Assembly: GCA_900542495.1 (NCBI GenBank)
Contig: UQNW01000002.1
Location: 159,469 to 223,468 of the forward strand
Origin: an uncultured Roseburia sp.
GTDB taxonomy: Bacteria > Bacillota > Clostridia > Lachnospirales > Lachnospiraceae
Reading direction: 5' to 3'
DNA: 64,000 bases
Part shown: positions 29,407 to 39,352 of the stretch, piece by piece
Layout of the letters: each line of letters begins with the position of its first letter
Numbering within the stretch: position 1 is the stretch's first letter
Notes under the pieces: model-generated
Database searches by the model: none
What the model was told of the DNA's origin: nothing
What the model saw: only the letters and a program-made list of their open reading frames with translations
Translations under genes and position numbers: made by a program

Positions 29407-30669
29407 TTACTTTCCTCCAAGTAGCTGTTTTACCACCATCTGGGTATTAAATACATCAAAATCATCCGGAACGCTCTGACCGTTTGTCATATAAGACAGG
29501 TCGGCTCCTGAATATAACCGGATATTTAAAATGTTGCCAAACGAAGTGGTTTCATCTAATTTTGTAAAAATAATCTTATAGTCTGCGATTTCCTTATAAA
29601 TATCAACAATCTCCATAAGATCCTTGTATTTGGTCGTAGCACTTAAAACAAGATAAACTTCCTTCTCATATTTTTCATCAAGACCATCGATCAGTTTCTT
29701 AATATCTTCACGCTGTTCCTCATTCCTATGAGAAAATCCTGCAGTATCAACAAATACAAGATCATATTCTGTGAGTGTATCCAATGCCTGATTGAGTTCC
29801 TCCGCAGAATATACGATTTTTACCGGCGCATCTAAAATATTGGCATAAATCTTCAACTGCTCTGCCGCCGCGATACGGTAGGTATCGGCTGTCAGCATTG
29901 CCACCTTTTTATCATGCTCTACTTTGTATTTGGCTGCGATCTTTGCGATCGTGGTTGTTTTGCCTACGCCTGTAGGTCCTATAAAAAATATAACACGAGG
30001 TTTCTTTCCTGACAAGTCAATACAGTTCGGCTCCCCAAGTTTTAAGATCATCTTCTGATAAACATTGGAAAGAATAATATCCACATTGCTGCCGCTGTTT
30101 GTCACCTTCTCAGCTTCATCTAAAATCTGATTCACATACTTCTCGTTCACGTCATTGTTTAACATCGTACGGTAAAGCATTTTCATAAACTTGAAGTTTT
30201 CAAGATTCTTTGGTGAAGGCTTCGGTGTAGCTGGAATTTCCGGTTCACGGATTGCGTCCTCTGTAAGCTTTTTCTCTAAAATATTAGAAAGATTCTCTAA
30301 TTTCTTTTCAATGTCGCTTCCGCTTTTTGCAATGGAGTCTTCCTTCTCGGAAAATGCCGGACGTTTATAAACCGGAGCTGTCTCAGGAGCTTTTTCTGTC
30401 TGAACCGGAATATCAATTTTTTCATCCGCCGCGAGATTAATATTTTCAATCTTTTTCTGTTGCATTGCCGCCATCTGGACAGCATTTAAAAACTGTTCTT
30501 TCTCCTCGATTGCAGCCGTAACCTCATAGGTAGAACCTTTTAAAAATCCAAAAAGTCCCTTCGGTTTTATCTCTTTCACATTCATCACAACAGTAGCTGC
30601 TCCAAGCTCCTGTCTTGCCTTCTCGGTTGCCTCTTCCTGTGTTTTTCCCTGGAATTTTTTTATTGTCAT
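29407..30669 (-). CDS. flhF: Flagellar biosynthesis GTPase FlhF (SRP-type)
   Basis: SRP-GTPase motifs GPTGVGKTTTIAKIAA, DTAG and TKLDET. Confidence 0.9.
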   Translation of the reverse strand: MTIKKFQGKTQEEATEKARQELGAATVVMNVKEIKPKGLFGFLKGSTYEVTAAIEEKEQFLNAVQMAAMQQKKIENINLAADEKIDIPVQTEKAPETAPVYKRPAFSEKEDSIAKSGSDIEKKLENLSNILEKKLTEDAIREPEIPATPKPSPKNLENFKFMKMLYRTMLNNDVNEKYVNQILDEAEKVTNSGSNVDIILSNVYQKMILKLGEPNCIDLSGKKPRVIFFIGPTGVGKTTTIAKIAAKYKVEHDKKVAMLTADTYRIAAAEQLKIYANILDAPVKIVYSAEELNQALDTLTEYDLVFVDTAGFSHRNEEQREDIKKLIDGLDEKYEKEVYLVLSATTKYKDLMEIVDIYKEIADYKIIFTKLDETTSFGNILNIRLYSGADLSYMTNGQSVPDDFDVFNTQMVVKQLLGGK

Positions 30670-32703
30670 TTATGCTGTCACCATCCCTACTGATTGTAAT
30701 TCAATATTCGATTCCACTTCATTATAGGAAACTACGATCAGATCCTTAAAGTAATCTTCCGTTAATTTCTTAAAGTACATACGGACAATCGGCGATGTGA
30801 TCACAATCGCATTTTTACCCATATTCTCAAGTTTTGCAACTTCCTGTTCCAGTGAGGACATAATTGCCTTGGTACGATCCGGATCTAATGTCAGATAAGC
30901 TCCCTGCTCGGTCTGTTTTACAGAGGACATGATTTCCTGCTCAATCTTCGGATCTAAAGTAATGACACTGGTCGTCTCATTTGCCGGGAAGAACTTATTT
31001 GAGATTGCTCTCTTTAAGCTCTGGCGCACATATTCTGTCAGGACATCCGTATCTCTGGTCACTGCGGCATGATCTGCAAGTGTTTCAAAAATAGTTAAAA
31101 GATCACGGATGGAAATTCCCTCGCTCAATAAATTCTGTAATACTTTCTGTACTTCACCAAGACCAAGCAATTTTGGTATCAGTTCGTCCACAAGAACCGG
31201 ATTGCTCTCTTTCAGATTGTTGACCAGATTCTGAACATCCTGTCTTGTGAGTAGTTCTGCAATATGGTTACGGATCACTTCCGTCAGATGTGTTGCAATA
31301 ATGGACGGTGGATCAACAACCGTATAACCAAGACTCTCCGCTCTCTCCCTCTGGCTCTCTGTGATCCAGATTGCAGGCAAATGGAAGGACGGCTCAAATG
31401 TCGGAATACCTGTGATCTCTTCCTCAACATATCCCGGATTCATCGCCATATAATGGTCAAAAAGGATCTCTCCCTCTGTCACCTGGATACCCTTGATCTT
31501 AATAATATACTGGTTCGGATTCAGCTGGATATTATCACGCAGACGAATAATCGGCACAACGGTACCAAGTTCCAACGCGATCTGTCTTCGGATCATAACG
31601 ACACGATCCAAAAGATCTCCACCCTGATTTACATCTGCAAGCGGAATAATACCATATCCAAACTCCAGTTCGATTGGGTCTACCTGAAGCAGTGAAACAA
31701 CATTCTCCGGTTTGCGGATCTCCTCCGCCTCAGTCTCTGCCTCGCTCACTTCCTCCTCAATGCTCTCTACCTGAATATTCTTATCCATCATACGACCTGA
31801 GATAATAAACACAAGTCCAAGTCCGACAAAAAGATACCACGTCAGTGGTGTTACAATTCCAAGGAATGCAAGTGTTGCACCAACAAGATAAAGAACCTTC
31901 GGGATACCAAAAAGCTGTTTTACCAGAACCGTACCAAAATCTGCTTCCTTGGAAGCCTTTGTTACAAGAATACCGGTTGACAGTGAAATCAAAAGAGACG
32001 GAATCTGGGAACAGAGTCCATCACCAATGGTAAGAATCCCATACTGCTGGATTGCCTCTGAAAAAGCTAGTCCCTGACTCATCACACCCATAACCGTACC
32101 ACCGATCAGGTTGACAAACGTAATGATAAGACCTGCTGTTGCATCTCCCTTTACATACTTTGTAGCACCATCCATGGAACCAAAGAAACTGGATTCTTCC
32201 TGAATCTTATTTCTGCGGTCTCTCGCTTCCTTCTCTGTGATCGCACCGGTATTTAAGTCGGCGTCGATCGCCATCTGCTTACCAGGCATAGCATCCAGAG
32301 TGAAACGTGCTGTTACCTCTGCCACTCGCTCGGAACCTTTATTAATAACAACGAACTGGATAATAACGAGTATGATAAACACGATCATACCAATGACAAG
32401 ATCACCACCACCAACGAACTGGCCAAACGTTGTGACAACATTACCAGGTGCTCCTGTTGAAAGGATCAGTCTGGTAGACGATACGTTCAGGGAAATTCTG
32501 AAAATAGTCGTGAACAGTAAAAGAGTCGGGAAGAAAGACATATCGAGTACTTCCTTCACGAACAAAGTATTAAACAATATAATCAAAGCAATCGCGATAT
32601 TGATCGCGATCATTACATCCAATAAGGTGGAACTAATTGGAACAATGAAAAAAATGACAGCTGCAAGCAAATATAGTGCGACACCGACGTCTGCTTTTTT
32701 CAT
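30670..32703 (-). CDS. flhA: Flagellar export apparatus protein FlhA
   Basis: 677 aa with 8 TM segments, the FHIPEP motif region and a large cytoplasmic C-terminal domain. Confidence 0.95.
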   Translation of the reverse strand: MKKADVGVALYLLAAVIFFIVPISSTLLDVMIAINIAIALIILFNTLFVKEVLDMSFFPTLLLFTTIFRISLNVSSTRLILSTGAPGNVVTTFGQFVGGGDLVIGMIVFIILVIIQFVVINKGSERVAEVTARFTLDAMPGKQMAIDADLNTGAITEKEARDRRNKIQEESSFFGSMDGATKYVKGDATAGLIITFVNLIGGTVMGVMSQGLAFSEAIQQYGILTIGDGLCSQIPSLLISLSTGILVTKASKEADFGTVLVKQLFGIPKVLYLVGATLAFLGIVTPLTWYLFVGLGLVFIISGRMMDKNIQVESIEEEVSEAETEAEEIRKPENVVSLLQVDPIELEFGYGIIPLADVNQGGDLLDRVVMIRRQIALELGTVVPIIRLRDNIQLNPNQYIIKIKGIQVTEGEILFDHYMAMNPGYVEEEITGIPTFEPSFHLPAIWITESQRERAESLGYTVVDPPSIIATHLTEVIRNHIAELLTRQDVQNLVNNLKESNPVLVDELIPKLLGLGEVQKVLQNLLSEGISIRDLLTIFETLADHAAVTRDTDVLTEYVRQSLKRAISNKFFPANETTSVITLDPKIEQEIMSSVKQTEQGAYLTLDPDRTKAIMSSLEQEVAKLENMGKNAIVITSPIVRMYFKKLTEDYFKDLIVVSYNEVESNIELQSVGMVTA

Positions 32704-32732
32704 GCCTTTTCCTCCTTAGTCTATCTCTCAAA

Positions 32733-33836
32733 TTATTTTTCTCTCATATTGTAAACCATTGCAAGGATCTCGGCAACTGCCTGATACAATTCCGGTGGAA
32801 TTTCCTGCCCGATATCCACGTTTGCATACAACATTCGCGCAAGTGGTTTATTCTCCACAATCTCAATATGATGTTCCCTGGCAGCCTCTTTGATTTTCTG
32901 TGCCAGATAATCTTCTCCCTTTGCAAGAACGACCGGTGCTTTTGAAGTCTCTGCATCATACTTGATCGCAACCGCAAAGTGAGTCGGGTTTGTGATGACA
33001 ACGTCCGCTTTGGGAACGTCCTGCATCATACGTCTTCTGGAAGCCTCGCGCATACGCTGTCTCTGTCTGCCCTTGATTTCCGGATTACCCTCTGTATTTT
33101 TAAACTCGTCCTTCACTTCCTGCTTGGTCATCTTCATATCTTCATTAAAACGATACTTCTGATAAATAAAATCTGCCAGACCAATGACTAAATAGACGAG
33201 ACTGATTTTCAAACCTGCATTAATGATCACCGTTCCGCAAAGCAGGATTGCCTGCATCAAAGGGATCTCATAAAGTATAAAAATATCCTGCGCATTCCCT
33301 TTAATTGAGGTATATGCAACATAGATGATCACAAAAATTTTTAAAATGGATTTAATCAGTTCAAAAATAGAATCCTTGGAAAAAATCCTCTTAAATCCAT
33401 TAATTGGATTAAACTTATCAAACTTTGGCTGTAAGGGTTTGCCTGTTACTTTCCACCCAACCTGTATCACACTGATCAAGGCTGTTACGATAAAACCAAA
33501 TGCAAAGAAAGGCGCACAGGTAATTAAAATCTGTATCAATACATCTGACAGCAGTGATGAGACAGACTTGGCAGTCACATCCACTGCATTTTCTTTCACA
33601 AAATCAGGAATCCGCCCATAAAAATCGGTAAATCCATTCATGAGCCTGTTTCCTACAAATGATATAAAAATTTTTAAAACAAGAAATAAAACGATAAGAT
33701 CAAATGCCGCCGTCAGCTCCTTGCTTTTTGCGACTTTACCATCCTCTCTTGCCTCCCTCAGTTTCTTTGCAGTCGCCGGCTCTGTTTTCTCACCGCCGGG
33801 ACCATCTTTTGCAAACCACTGAAGGTTCCATTCCAT
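32733..33836 (-). CDS. flhB: Flagellar export apparatus switch protein FlhB
   Basis: EKTEPATAKKLREAREDGKVAKS N-terminus and NPTH autocleavage motif (VITNPTHFAVA). The ORF-track start at 33866 is a TTG. The ATG at 33836 (MEWNLQ) fits the usual FlhB N-terminal spacing better. Confidence 0.85.
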   Translation of the reverse strand: MEWNLQWFAKDGPGGEKTEPATAKKLREAREDGKVAKSKELTAAFDLIVLFLVLKIFISFVGNRLMNGFTDFYGRIPDFVKENAVDVTAKSVSSLLSDVLIQILITCAPFFAFGFIVTALISVIQVGWKVTGKPLQPKFDKFNPINGFKRIFSKDSIFELIKSILKIFVIIYVAYTSIKGNAQDIFILYEIPLMQAILLCGTVIINAGLKISLVYLVIGLADFIYQKYRFNEDMKMTKQEVKDEFKNTEGNPEIKGRQRQRMREASRRRMMQDVPKADVVITNPTHFAVAIKYDAETSKAPVVLAKGEDYLAQKIKEAAREHHIEIVENKPLARMLYANVDIGQEIPPELYQAVAEILAMVYNMREK

Positions 33837-33902
33837 GATCAAATGCAACTGTGTCTGCTGTTCCAAGTTCCTACATTCCTTTATATTTAATCCGTGTCAT
33901 CC

Positions 33903-34682
33903 TCAATACATGCCTTCTATAAAAAGCACCATCAGTTTTTTCATTTCAGTAAAAATGAAATTTGCCACACTTGGCAGCAGCGTGACGGTCAGAAATAACA
34001 CAACAAATCCTACCAGAATCTTCATCTGCATACCGACCGCAAACATATTCATCTGCGGCGAAACCTTCGCCATGATACCAAGGATACAGTTTAAGATCAT
34101 AATGCATGCAAACACCGGTAAAATAATCCGGAATGCGATCACAAACATATCCCCCATATAAGTCGTCATGGATTTCATCAGATGATTCCAGTCAAATACC
34201 TGACCATTGATCGGTATGACTGTAAATGCATCAATAAAGGCTCTTAAAATATAATGATGCATGTCTGTCACGACTAAAAGCATCAGAATAAAGTAATTAT
34301 ACAGATTTCCTGTCAAAGTTACCTGCGCATTATTGATCGGGTCAAATTCGGTTGCCATTGAAAGACCGATATCCATATCAATAATATTACCCGCAAATAA
34401 AATAATGGAATTACAAACGTTTGCAGCAAGTCCAATCAGCAACCCTGTAATTCCCTCTTTTAAAACAATGACTGCATATCCTATAAGTCCTGTATATTCG
34501 ATCTGTGAAAAATCTGCAAAACCATACACAAGCAGTGTAATGAAAGCAGATAACCCTATTTTCACCTGATTCGGTACATTTGCCATTCCATAAAATGGCG
34601 CAATATAGATAAAACAGGATACACGAACAAGTATTAAGATAAAAATTTCAAAATTTTCTAATGAAAACGAATACTGCACCAT
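33903..34682 (-). CDS. fliR: Flagellar export apparatus protein FliR
   Basis: 259-aa polytopic membrane protein in the fliP-fliQ-fliR-flhB order. Confidence 0.85.
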   Translation of the reverse strand: MVQYSFSLENFEIFILILVRVSCFIYIAPFYGMANVPNQVKIGLSAFITLLVYGFADFSQIEYTGLIGYAVIVLKEGITGLLIGLAANVCNSIILFAGNIIDMDIGLSMATEFDPINNAQVTLTGNLYNYFILMLLVVTDMHHYILRAFIDAFTVIPINGQVFDWNHLMKSMTTYMGDMFVIAFRIILPVFACIMILNCILGIMAKVSPQMNMFAVGMQMKILVGFVVLFLTVTLLPSVANFIFTEMKKLMVLFIEGMY

Positions 34683-34691
34683 ATGTCAAAC

Positions 34692-34964
34692 CTATCCAAG
34701 ATACAAACTGAAGTTCGACCATAAGGTCGTCACAAATCCTGACAACTGGTTCAAAATCCATGAACCAAAGATCATCATTCCAATAAAAACTGCAAGAATC
34801 TTTGGTACAAACGTAAGTGTCTGCTCCTGAATGGATGTCACTGTCTGAAAAATACTGATAATCAAACCGACTACCAGTGAGATTAACAAAACAGGCGCAC
34901 TACAGATAATAATGTAATAAATAGCCTCTCTTGCAATATCAAGAACCTGTCCTTCTGTTATCAT
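34692..34964 (-). CDS. fliQ: Flagellar export apparatus protein FliQ
   Basis: 90 aa with two TM segments. Its position between fliP and fliR is the only evidence used. Confidence 0.85.
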   Translation of the reverse strand: MITEGQVLDIAREAIYYIIICSAPVLLISLVVGLIISIFQTVTSIQEQTLTFVPKILAVFIGMMIFGSWILNQLSGFVTTLWSNFSLYLG

Positions 34965-34985
34965 ATCTACTCACCTCAGATTCCA

Positions 34986-35834
34986 CTAATAAAACGTTTT
35001 TACAAGACTTCCGATCACAAGATCCCATCCATCTGCCAGAATAAAAAGCAATATCTTAAATGGAAGCGAGATCGTCGTCGGCGGTAACATCATCATACCC
35101 ATAGACATCAGCACGGATGCCACGACCATATCGATTACGATAAACGGAATATAAATCACAAAACCGATAATAAATGCAGCTCTTAATTCACTTAAGATAA
35201 ATGCCGGAACCAGTGTTGTCATCGGAACATCATCATAACTGTCGTAAGTCTCATTCGAGATATCAACGAACAGTTTTAAATCCTTTTCCTGTGTCTGCCC
35301 ATACATAAACTCCCGAAGCGGTCCCTGTGCAATCGTAAAAGCTTCCTCGGTAGTGATCTCACCCTGATCTAACGGCTGTATCGCCTCTGTGTTGATCTGC
35401 TGAAACGTCGGCCACATAATGAAAAATGTCAAAAACAAAGCCAATGCGATCAACACCTGATTCGGTGGTGCTGTCTGCGTTCCAATCGCGGTACGCAGGA
35501 AATGCAATACAATGATAATTCTTGTATAGGATGTCAGCATGATCAGTATCGAAGGCGCCAGTGATAAAATTGTCAATACAAGAAGCATTTTCACTGGTGC
35601 TGATAAAGAGCCACCATCATTGTTATATGAAATTGTCAAACCATTTGTGTTATCCTCTACCGCGCGCGCTGCACTCTCTGTTGAATCCGTATTGGTAAAA
35701 TCCGTAATACTGTCCGGGTCCATGGAAGCTGCATATACAGTGGAGCCTCCTATCGACAATGACAATGTCAGCACCAGTACAACCGCAGCTACGATAAACG
35801 ATACCATACAATATGTTTTTTTAGCCTTTGTCAT
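34986..35834 (-). CDS. fliP: Flagellar export apparatus protein FliP (with ~60-aa N-terminal extension after the signal peptide)
   Basis: Conserved FliP core (LVLTILSLAPSILIMLTSYTRIIIVL ... MWPTF). Signal peptide. Confidence 0.9.
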   Translation of the reverse strand: MTKAKKTYCMVSFIVAAVVLVLTLSLSIGGSTVYAASMDPDSITDFTNTDSTESAARAVEDNTNGLTISYNNDGGSLSAPVKMLLVLTILSLAPSILIMLTSYTRIIIVLHFLRTAIGTQTAPPNQVLIALALFLTFFIMWPTFQQINTEAIQPLDQGEITTEEAFTIAQGPLREFMYGQTQEKDLKLFVDISNETYDSYDDVPMTTLVPAFILSELRAAFIIGFVIYIPFIVIDMVVASVLMSMGMMMLPPTTISLPFKILLFILADGWDLVIGSLVKTFY

Positions 35835-35843
35835 AATTAAAAC

Positions 35844-36236
35844 CTATTTCTTTGGAAAATGTTTTTTCATGCGTTCTAAAATCTCATGAAAATTTTCCTG
35901 TGCAGCCTTTCCATCCATTGGAAACTTATTCTGCATTGCGGAAAAATCAGGTATTTCACTGAGCTGTTCTTCTGTAAGCTGTGTCAGTAAAGTGACTTCA
36001 TCCTTACCAACTGCAACCACAAGATAAACCTCTCCTGCCTTCACAATCGCAATGAACTTATTATTTCCAACACGTATTGATTCCACAATCTGTAAATTCT
36101 TGTTGACCAGATTCGTCTTCTGATAATTGCCGATCCACTTCGTTGTATAAAACGTGATGAACAGGACAACAATAAAAATGATCAATACGCCTATGAGTTG
36201 AAGGAAACTGCCCAATGCAGAACTGAGTAATATCAT
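35844..36236 (-). CDS. FliO/FliZ-type flagellar export chaperone/scaffold protein
   Basis: 130 aa with a single N-terminal TM. Position between cheY and fliP, as for B. subtilis fliZ. Confidence 0.6.
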   Translation of the reverse strand: MILLSSALGSFLQLIGVLIIFIVVLFITFYTTKWIGNYQKTNLVNKNLQIVESIRVGNNKFIAIVKAGEVYLVVAVGKDEVTLLTQLTEEQLSEIPDFSAMQNKFPMDGKAAQENFHEILERMKKHFPKK

Positions 36237-36237
36237 A

Positions 36238-36597
36238 TTAACCTACAACTTTTTTTACTGCTTCAAGAACTCGCTCTGCCTGAAATGGTTTTACGATAAA
36301 GTCTTTTGCTCCTGCCTGAATTGCCTCGATAACCATTGCCTGCTGTCCCATTGCAGAACACATAATGATCTTTGCACCTGGATCTAATGCTTTGATCTTC
36401 TTTAATGCTTCGATTCCATCCATCTCAGGCATTGTGATATCCATTAATACAAGATCTGGTTTTACTTCCGGATATTTTTCAACTGCTTTCTGTCCGTTTT
36501 CAGCTTCGGCAGCGATCTCATAACCATTCTTAGTTAAAATATCCTTAATCATCATTCTCATAAATGCTGCGTCATCACAAATCATTACTTTAGCCAT
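36238..36597 (-). CDS. cheY: Chemotaxis response regulator CheY
   Basis: 119-aa single-domain receiver (MKVLVCDDAAFMR-like N-terminus, DITMPEMDG, KPF). Confidence 0.9.
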   Translation of the reverse strand: MAKVMICDDAAFMRMMIKDILTKNGYEIAAEAENGQKAVEKYPEVKPDLVLMDITMPEMDGIEALKKIKALDPGAKIIMCSAMGQQAMVIEAIQAGAKDFIVKPFQAERVLEAVKKVVG

Positions 36598-36626
36598 ATT
36601 ATTTGTTTCTCCTCTTCTTTCCTATC

Positions 36627-37808
36627 TTATTTTACAATCTCGGTGATTCTCACACCAAAACTTTCTTCAATTACTACGACTTCACCCTTGGCAACGTATT
36701 TTCCGTTTACAAGAATATCTATTGGTTCACCGGCGATTCGATTCAACTCAATGATCGTACCAGGTGCGAAATCCAAAATTTCATGGATCGACTTTGTAGT
36801 TCTTCCAAGCTCCACAGTCACTTCAAGCGGCACATCCATAATAAGACCGATATTCTCCGCCCCTGCAACCTGTGCAATGTTTGGATTAAAAGCCTGAAAC
36901 TGTGCCGGCTGAACATTAACCGGCTGTGTATACATCTGATTCATATTCGGTGCCATCATCGGCTGTCCCATCATTGGCTGTCCCATCATTGGCTGACCCA
37001 TCATTGGTTGTCCCATCTGCTGATCCATAACCTGCTGTCCTCCCATTGGCTGACCCATCTGCTGATTCATCTGAGGCTGAGGTGCTGCGGATTGTCCGCC
37101 TGCCTTCTTCTCTGTATCATTTGATGTTGATTCAGAATCTGCTTCCATATTCTTCGTGATATTTGCACACATCTCTTTTGCAAAGGAAATCGGATATAAC
37201 TGCATAATCTCACTGTCAACAAGATCGCCAATCTCCATTTTGAATGCAATCTTTACAAATGAACCTGATAAAAATTCATCAATTGCTCTCTCATCAATGC
37301 TTTCCTTCAGATCAATAAGATCTGCGACTGGTGGACTGATATCAATCTTCTTATTCAGCATGGAAGAAAGAGAAGTTGCCGCAGAACCCATCATCTGGTT
37401 CATCGCCTCGCTGATCGCACTCAAATGCAATTCTCCTAACTCTCCGTCTGTGTTCGTACCATCGCCGCCCATCATCAGGTCTGTGATGACTTTCACATCA
37501 TGCTCTTTTAAAACAAGAATATTGCTTCCGTCTAATCCAACTGTATACGCTATCCGAATAAATACACACGGCTTCTCATATGCATCGCAGATATCGCTCC
37601 ACGTTGCAAAGGAAACAACCGGTGTCGAAATTTCTACCTTACGGTTAACAAGGGAAAACAATGTTGTAGCTGCTGTACCCATACTGATATTGGCAATCTC
37701 GCCAATTGCGTCTTTTTCCGCGCTTGTCAGCAGATCATCCTGATCTGCATTATCCTCTGGGGAATTCAGCAATGCATTGATTTCTTCCTGTGATAAAACA
37801 CCATCCAT
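36627..37808 (-). CDS. fliY: Flagellar motor switch protein FliY (CheC-like phosphatase domain + FliN/SpoA domain)
   Basis: N-terminal CheC-like domain and C-terminal FliN signature (DILVNGKYVAKGEVVVIEESFGVRITEI). The internal (MGQPM)n low-complexity linker is encoded by 15-bp DNA repeats. Confidence 0.85.
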   Translation of the reverse strand: MDGVLSQEEINALLNSPEDNADQDDLLTSAEKDAIGEIANISMGTAATTLFSLVNRKVEISTPVVSFATWSDICDAYEKPCVFIRIAYTVGLDGSNILVLKEHDVKVITDLMMGGDGTNTDGELGELHLSAISEAMNQMMGSAATSLSSMLNKKIDISPPVADLIDLKESIDERAIDEFLSGSFVKIAFKMEIGDLVDSEIMQLYPISFAKEMCANITKNMEADSESTSNDTEKKAGGQSAAPQPQMNQQMGQPMGGQQVMDQQMGQPMMGQPMMGQPMMGQPMMAPNMNQMYTQPVNVQPAQFQAFNPNIAQVAGAENIGLIMDVPLEVTVELGRTTKSIHEILDFAPGTIIELNRIAGEPIDILVNGKYVAKGEVVVIEESFGVRITEIVK

Positions 37809-37810
37809 TA

Positions 37811-38791
37811 CTACTGCTCCTCTCTTACCACTGATGTAACTCTTACTGCATAATTATCGCCGACAGCTCCCGGCAGAGCAGTAAATTTTTTAATATTTCC
37901 GACAAATATATTCAAATCCTGATTCACATTCGAATCCAATCGGATAATATCTCCAACCTGAAGATTCACAAAATCATCCACTGAAATCGTACTCGTACCC
38001 AAAACTGCTTTCACAGGGATCTTCGCTTTTGAGATCAAAGCCTCGATTGCATCTGTGTACTGCGTATCATCGCGTTCCTGAAGATTGGAATACCAGAACT
38101 TCGTATTCAGCTTGTCCATGACACTTTCCAATGTCAGATACGGAAGACAGATATTCATAAGACCTTCCACATCGCCAATCTTGATATGTAATGTCACTAA
38201 TGCAATCATCTCTGTCGGTGAAATGATCTGTGCGAACTGGGAATTCGTCTCAATCCTTTCCAGCCGCGGACTAATCTCACAGACGCTCGACCAAGGTTCC
38301 GGGAGAAGGCTTACACATACATTGTAAATTCTCTCCAGAATCAGAAGCTCAATCTCCGAGAAATCTCTCGGCTTATCAAGTGGTGCACCAACACCTCCGA
38401 GCATTCGATCCACGATCGCATATCCTAAATTATCAGCAAGTTCAATAATAATGCTGCCACTCAAAGGCGATACATTCACCAATCCAAGTAAAACCGGATT
38501 CGACAGCGCATTCGTAAATTCAGAATAAGTTACTGCCTCTGAATTCATCACCTCTACCTGAACTGTTTTCCTCAAATAGACAGGCAGGTTCGTTGAAAGA
38601 AGTCTTCCATAATGTTCAAAAATGATTTCCAACGTACGCAAATGCTCTTTCGAGAACTTTGCCGGACGGGTAAAATCATAATTTTTCACTTGTTTTTCGT
38701 CTTTTTCTTTCATGTCCTCAGCATCAAGCTCTCCACTGCTCAATGCCTGCAGAAGACTATCTATCTCATTTTGAGATAAGACTTCACCCAT
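37811..38791 (-). CDS. fliM: Flagellar motor switch protein FliM
   Basis: LSQNEIDSLL N-terminal CheY-P binding motif and the FliM middle domain. Confidence 0.9.
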   Translation of the reverse strand: MGEVLSQNEIDSLLQALSSGELDAEDMKEKDEKQVKNYDFTRPAKFSKEHLRTLEIIFEHYGRLLSTNLPVYLRKTVQVEVMNSEAVTYSEFTNALSNPVLLGLVNVSPLSGSIIIELADNLGYAIVDRMLGGVGAPLDKPRDFSEIELLILERIYNVCVSLLPEPWSSVCEISPRLERIETNSQFAQIISPTEMIALVTLHIKIGDVEGLMNICLPYLTLESVMDKLNTKFWYSNLQERDDTQYTDAIEALISKAKIPVKAVLGTSTISVDDFVNLQVGDIIRLDSNVNQDLNIFVGNIKKFTALPGAVGDNYAVRVTSVVREEQ

Positions 38792-38817
38792 TCTCTTTCA
38801 CCACCTAGCATTCTAAT

Positions 38818-39333
38818 TTACTGCGTATTTACACTGGAGAAACTTACCCCAACGATAAAGTCAGAACCGAACATCTCCTGCAGATCTTCGAGAATAGCAT
38901 CTTTAACGCTCTGCTCGTCCTCCCGGAACTGTTCCATTGTATATCCGGAAACAATGGTATTGATATCATTTTTGATCAATGTTTCCTTCGCTTTCAATCC
39001 TTCCGTACCTATGCTCTTGTATCCGTCACTCTTTGTATTCAGTGACAAACCGATAGAAAATACAGCTACATGGTCTTTTCCATCGCCGCTTGGACTTAAG
39101 TTGACGGTAAAGCTGGCTTCAATATCATAAACTTCAATGTCTTCCACCGGAACTGCAGAAGTATCTTTGTTGCCACCGTCCTCTAATTCCAGATCAATTG
39201 CCGATGCGATCTTGTCGATCAGCTGATTAGATTTTCTTGTCTGTGGAATGATCGTAAAAGCAAGAATAGCAGTCAATACGAGATTCACCAGCACTAATGC
39301 AAGGATAATTACTGTCATCAGATTCTTTTTCAT
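38818..39333 (-). CDS. fliL: Flagellar basal-body-associated protein FliL
   Basis: 171 aa with a single N-terminal TM. Position before fliM. Confidence 0.7.
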   Translation of the reverse strand: MKKNLMTVIILALVLVNLVLTAILAFTIIPQTRKSNQLIDKIASAIDLELEDGGNKDTSAVPVEDIEVYDIEASFTVNLSPSGDGKDHVAVFSIGLSLNTKSDGYKSIGTEGLKAKETLIKNDINTIVSGYTMEQFREDEQSVKDAILEDLQEMFGSDFIVGVSFSSVNTQ

Positions 39334-39352
39334 TGTCTGTGCCTTTCTTTTA

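Noticed and set aside
36603-37124. 173-aa plus-strand ORF containing HHWLSHHWLTHHWLSH repeats
   Set aside because: It is the antisense translation of the (MGQPM)n repeat region of fliY. It has no RBS and lies entirely within a well-supported gene.
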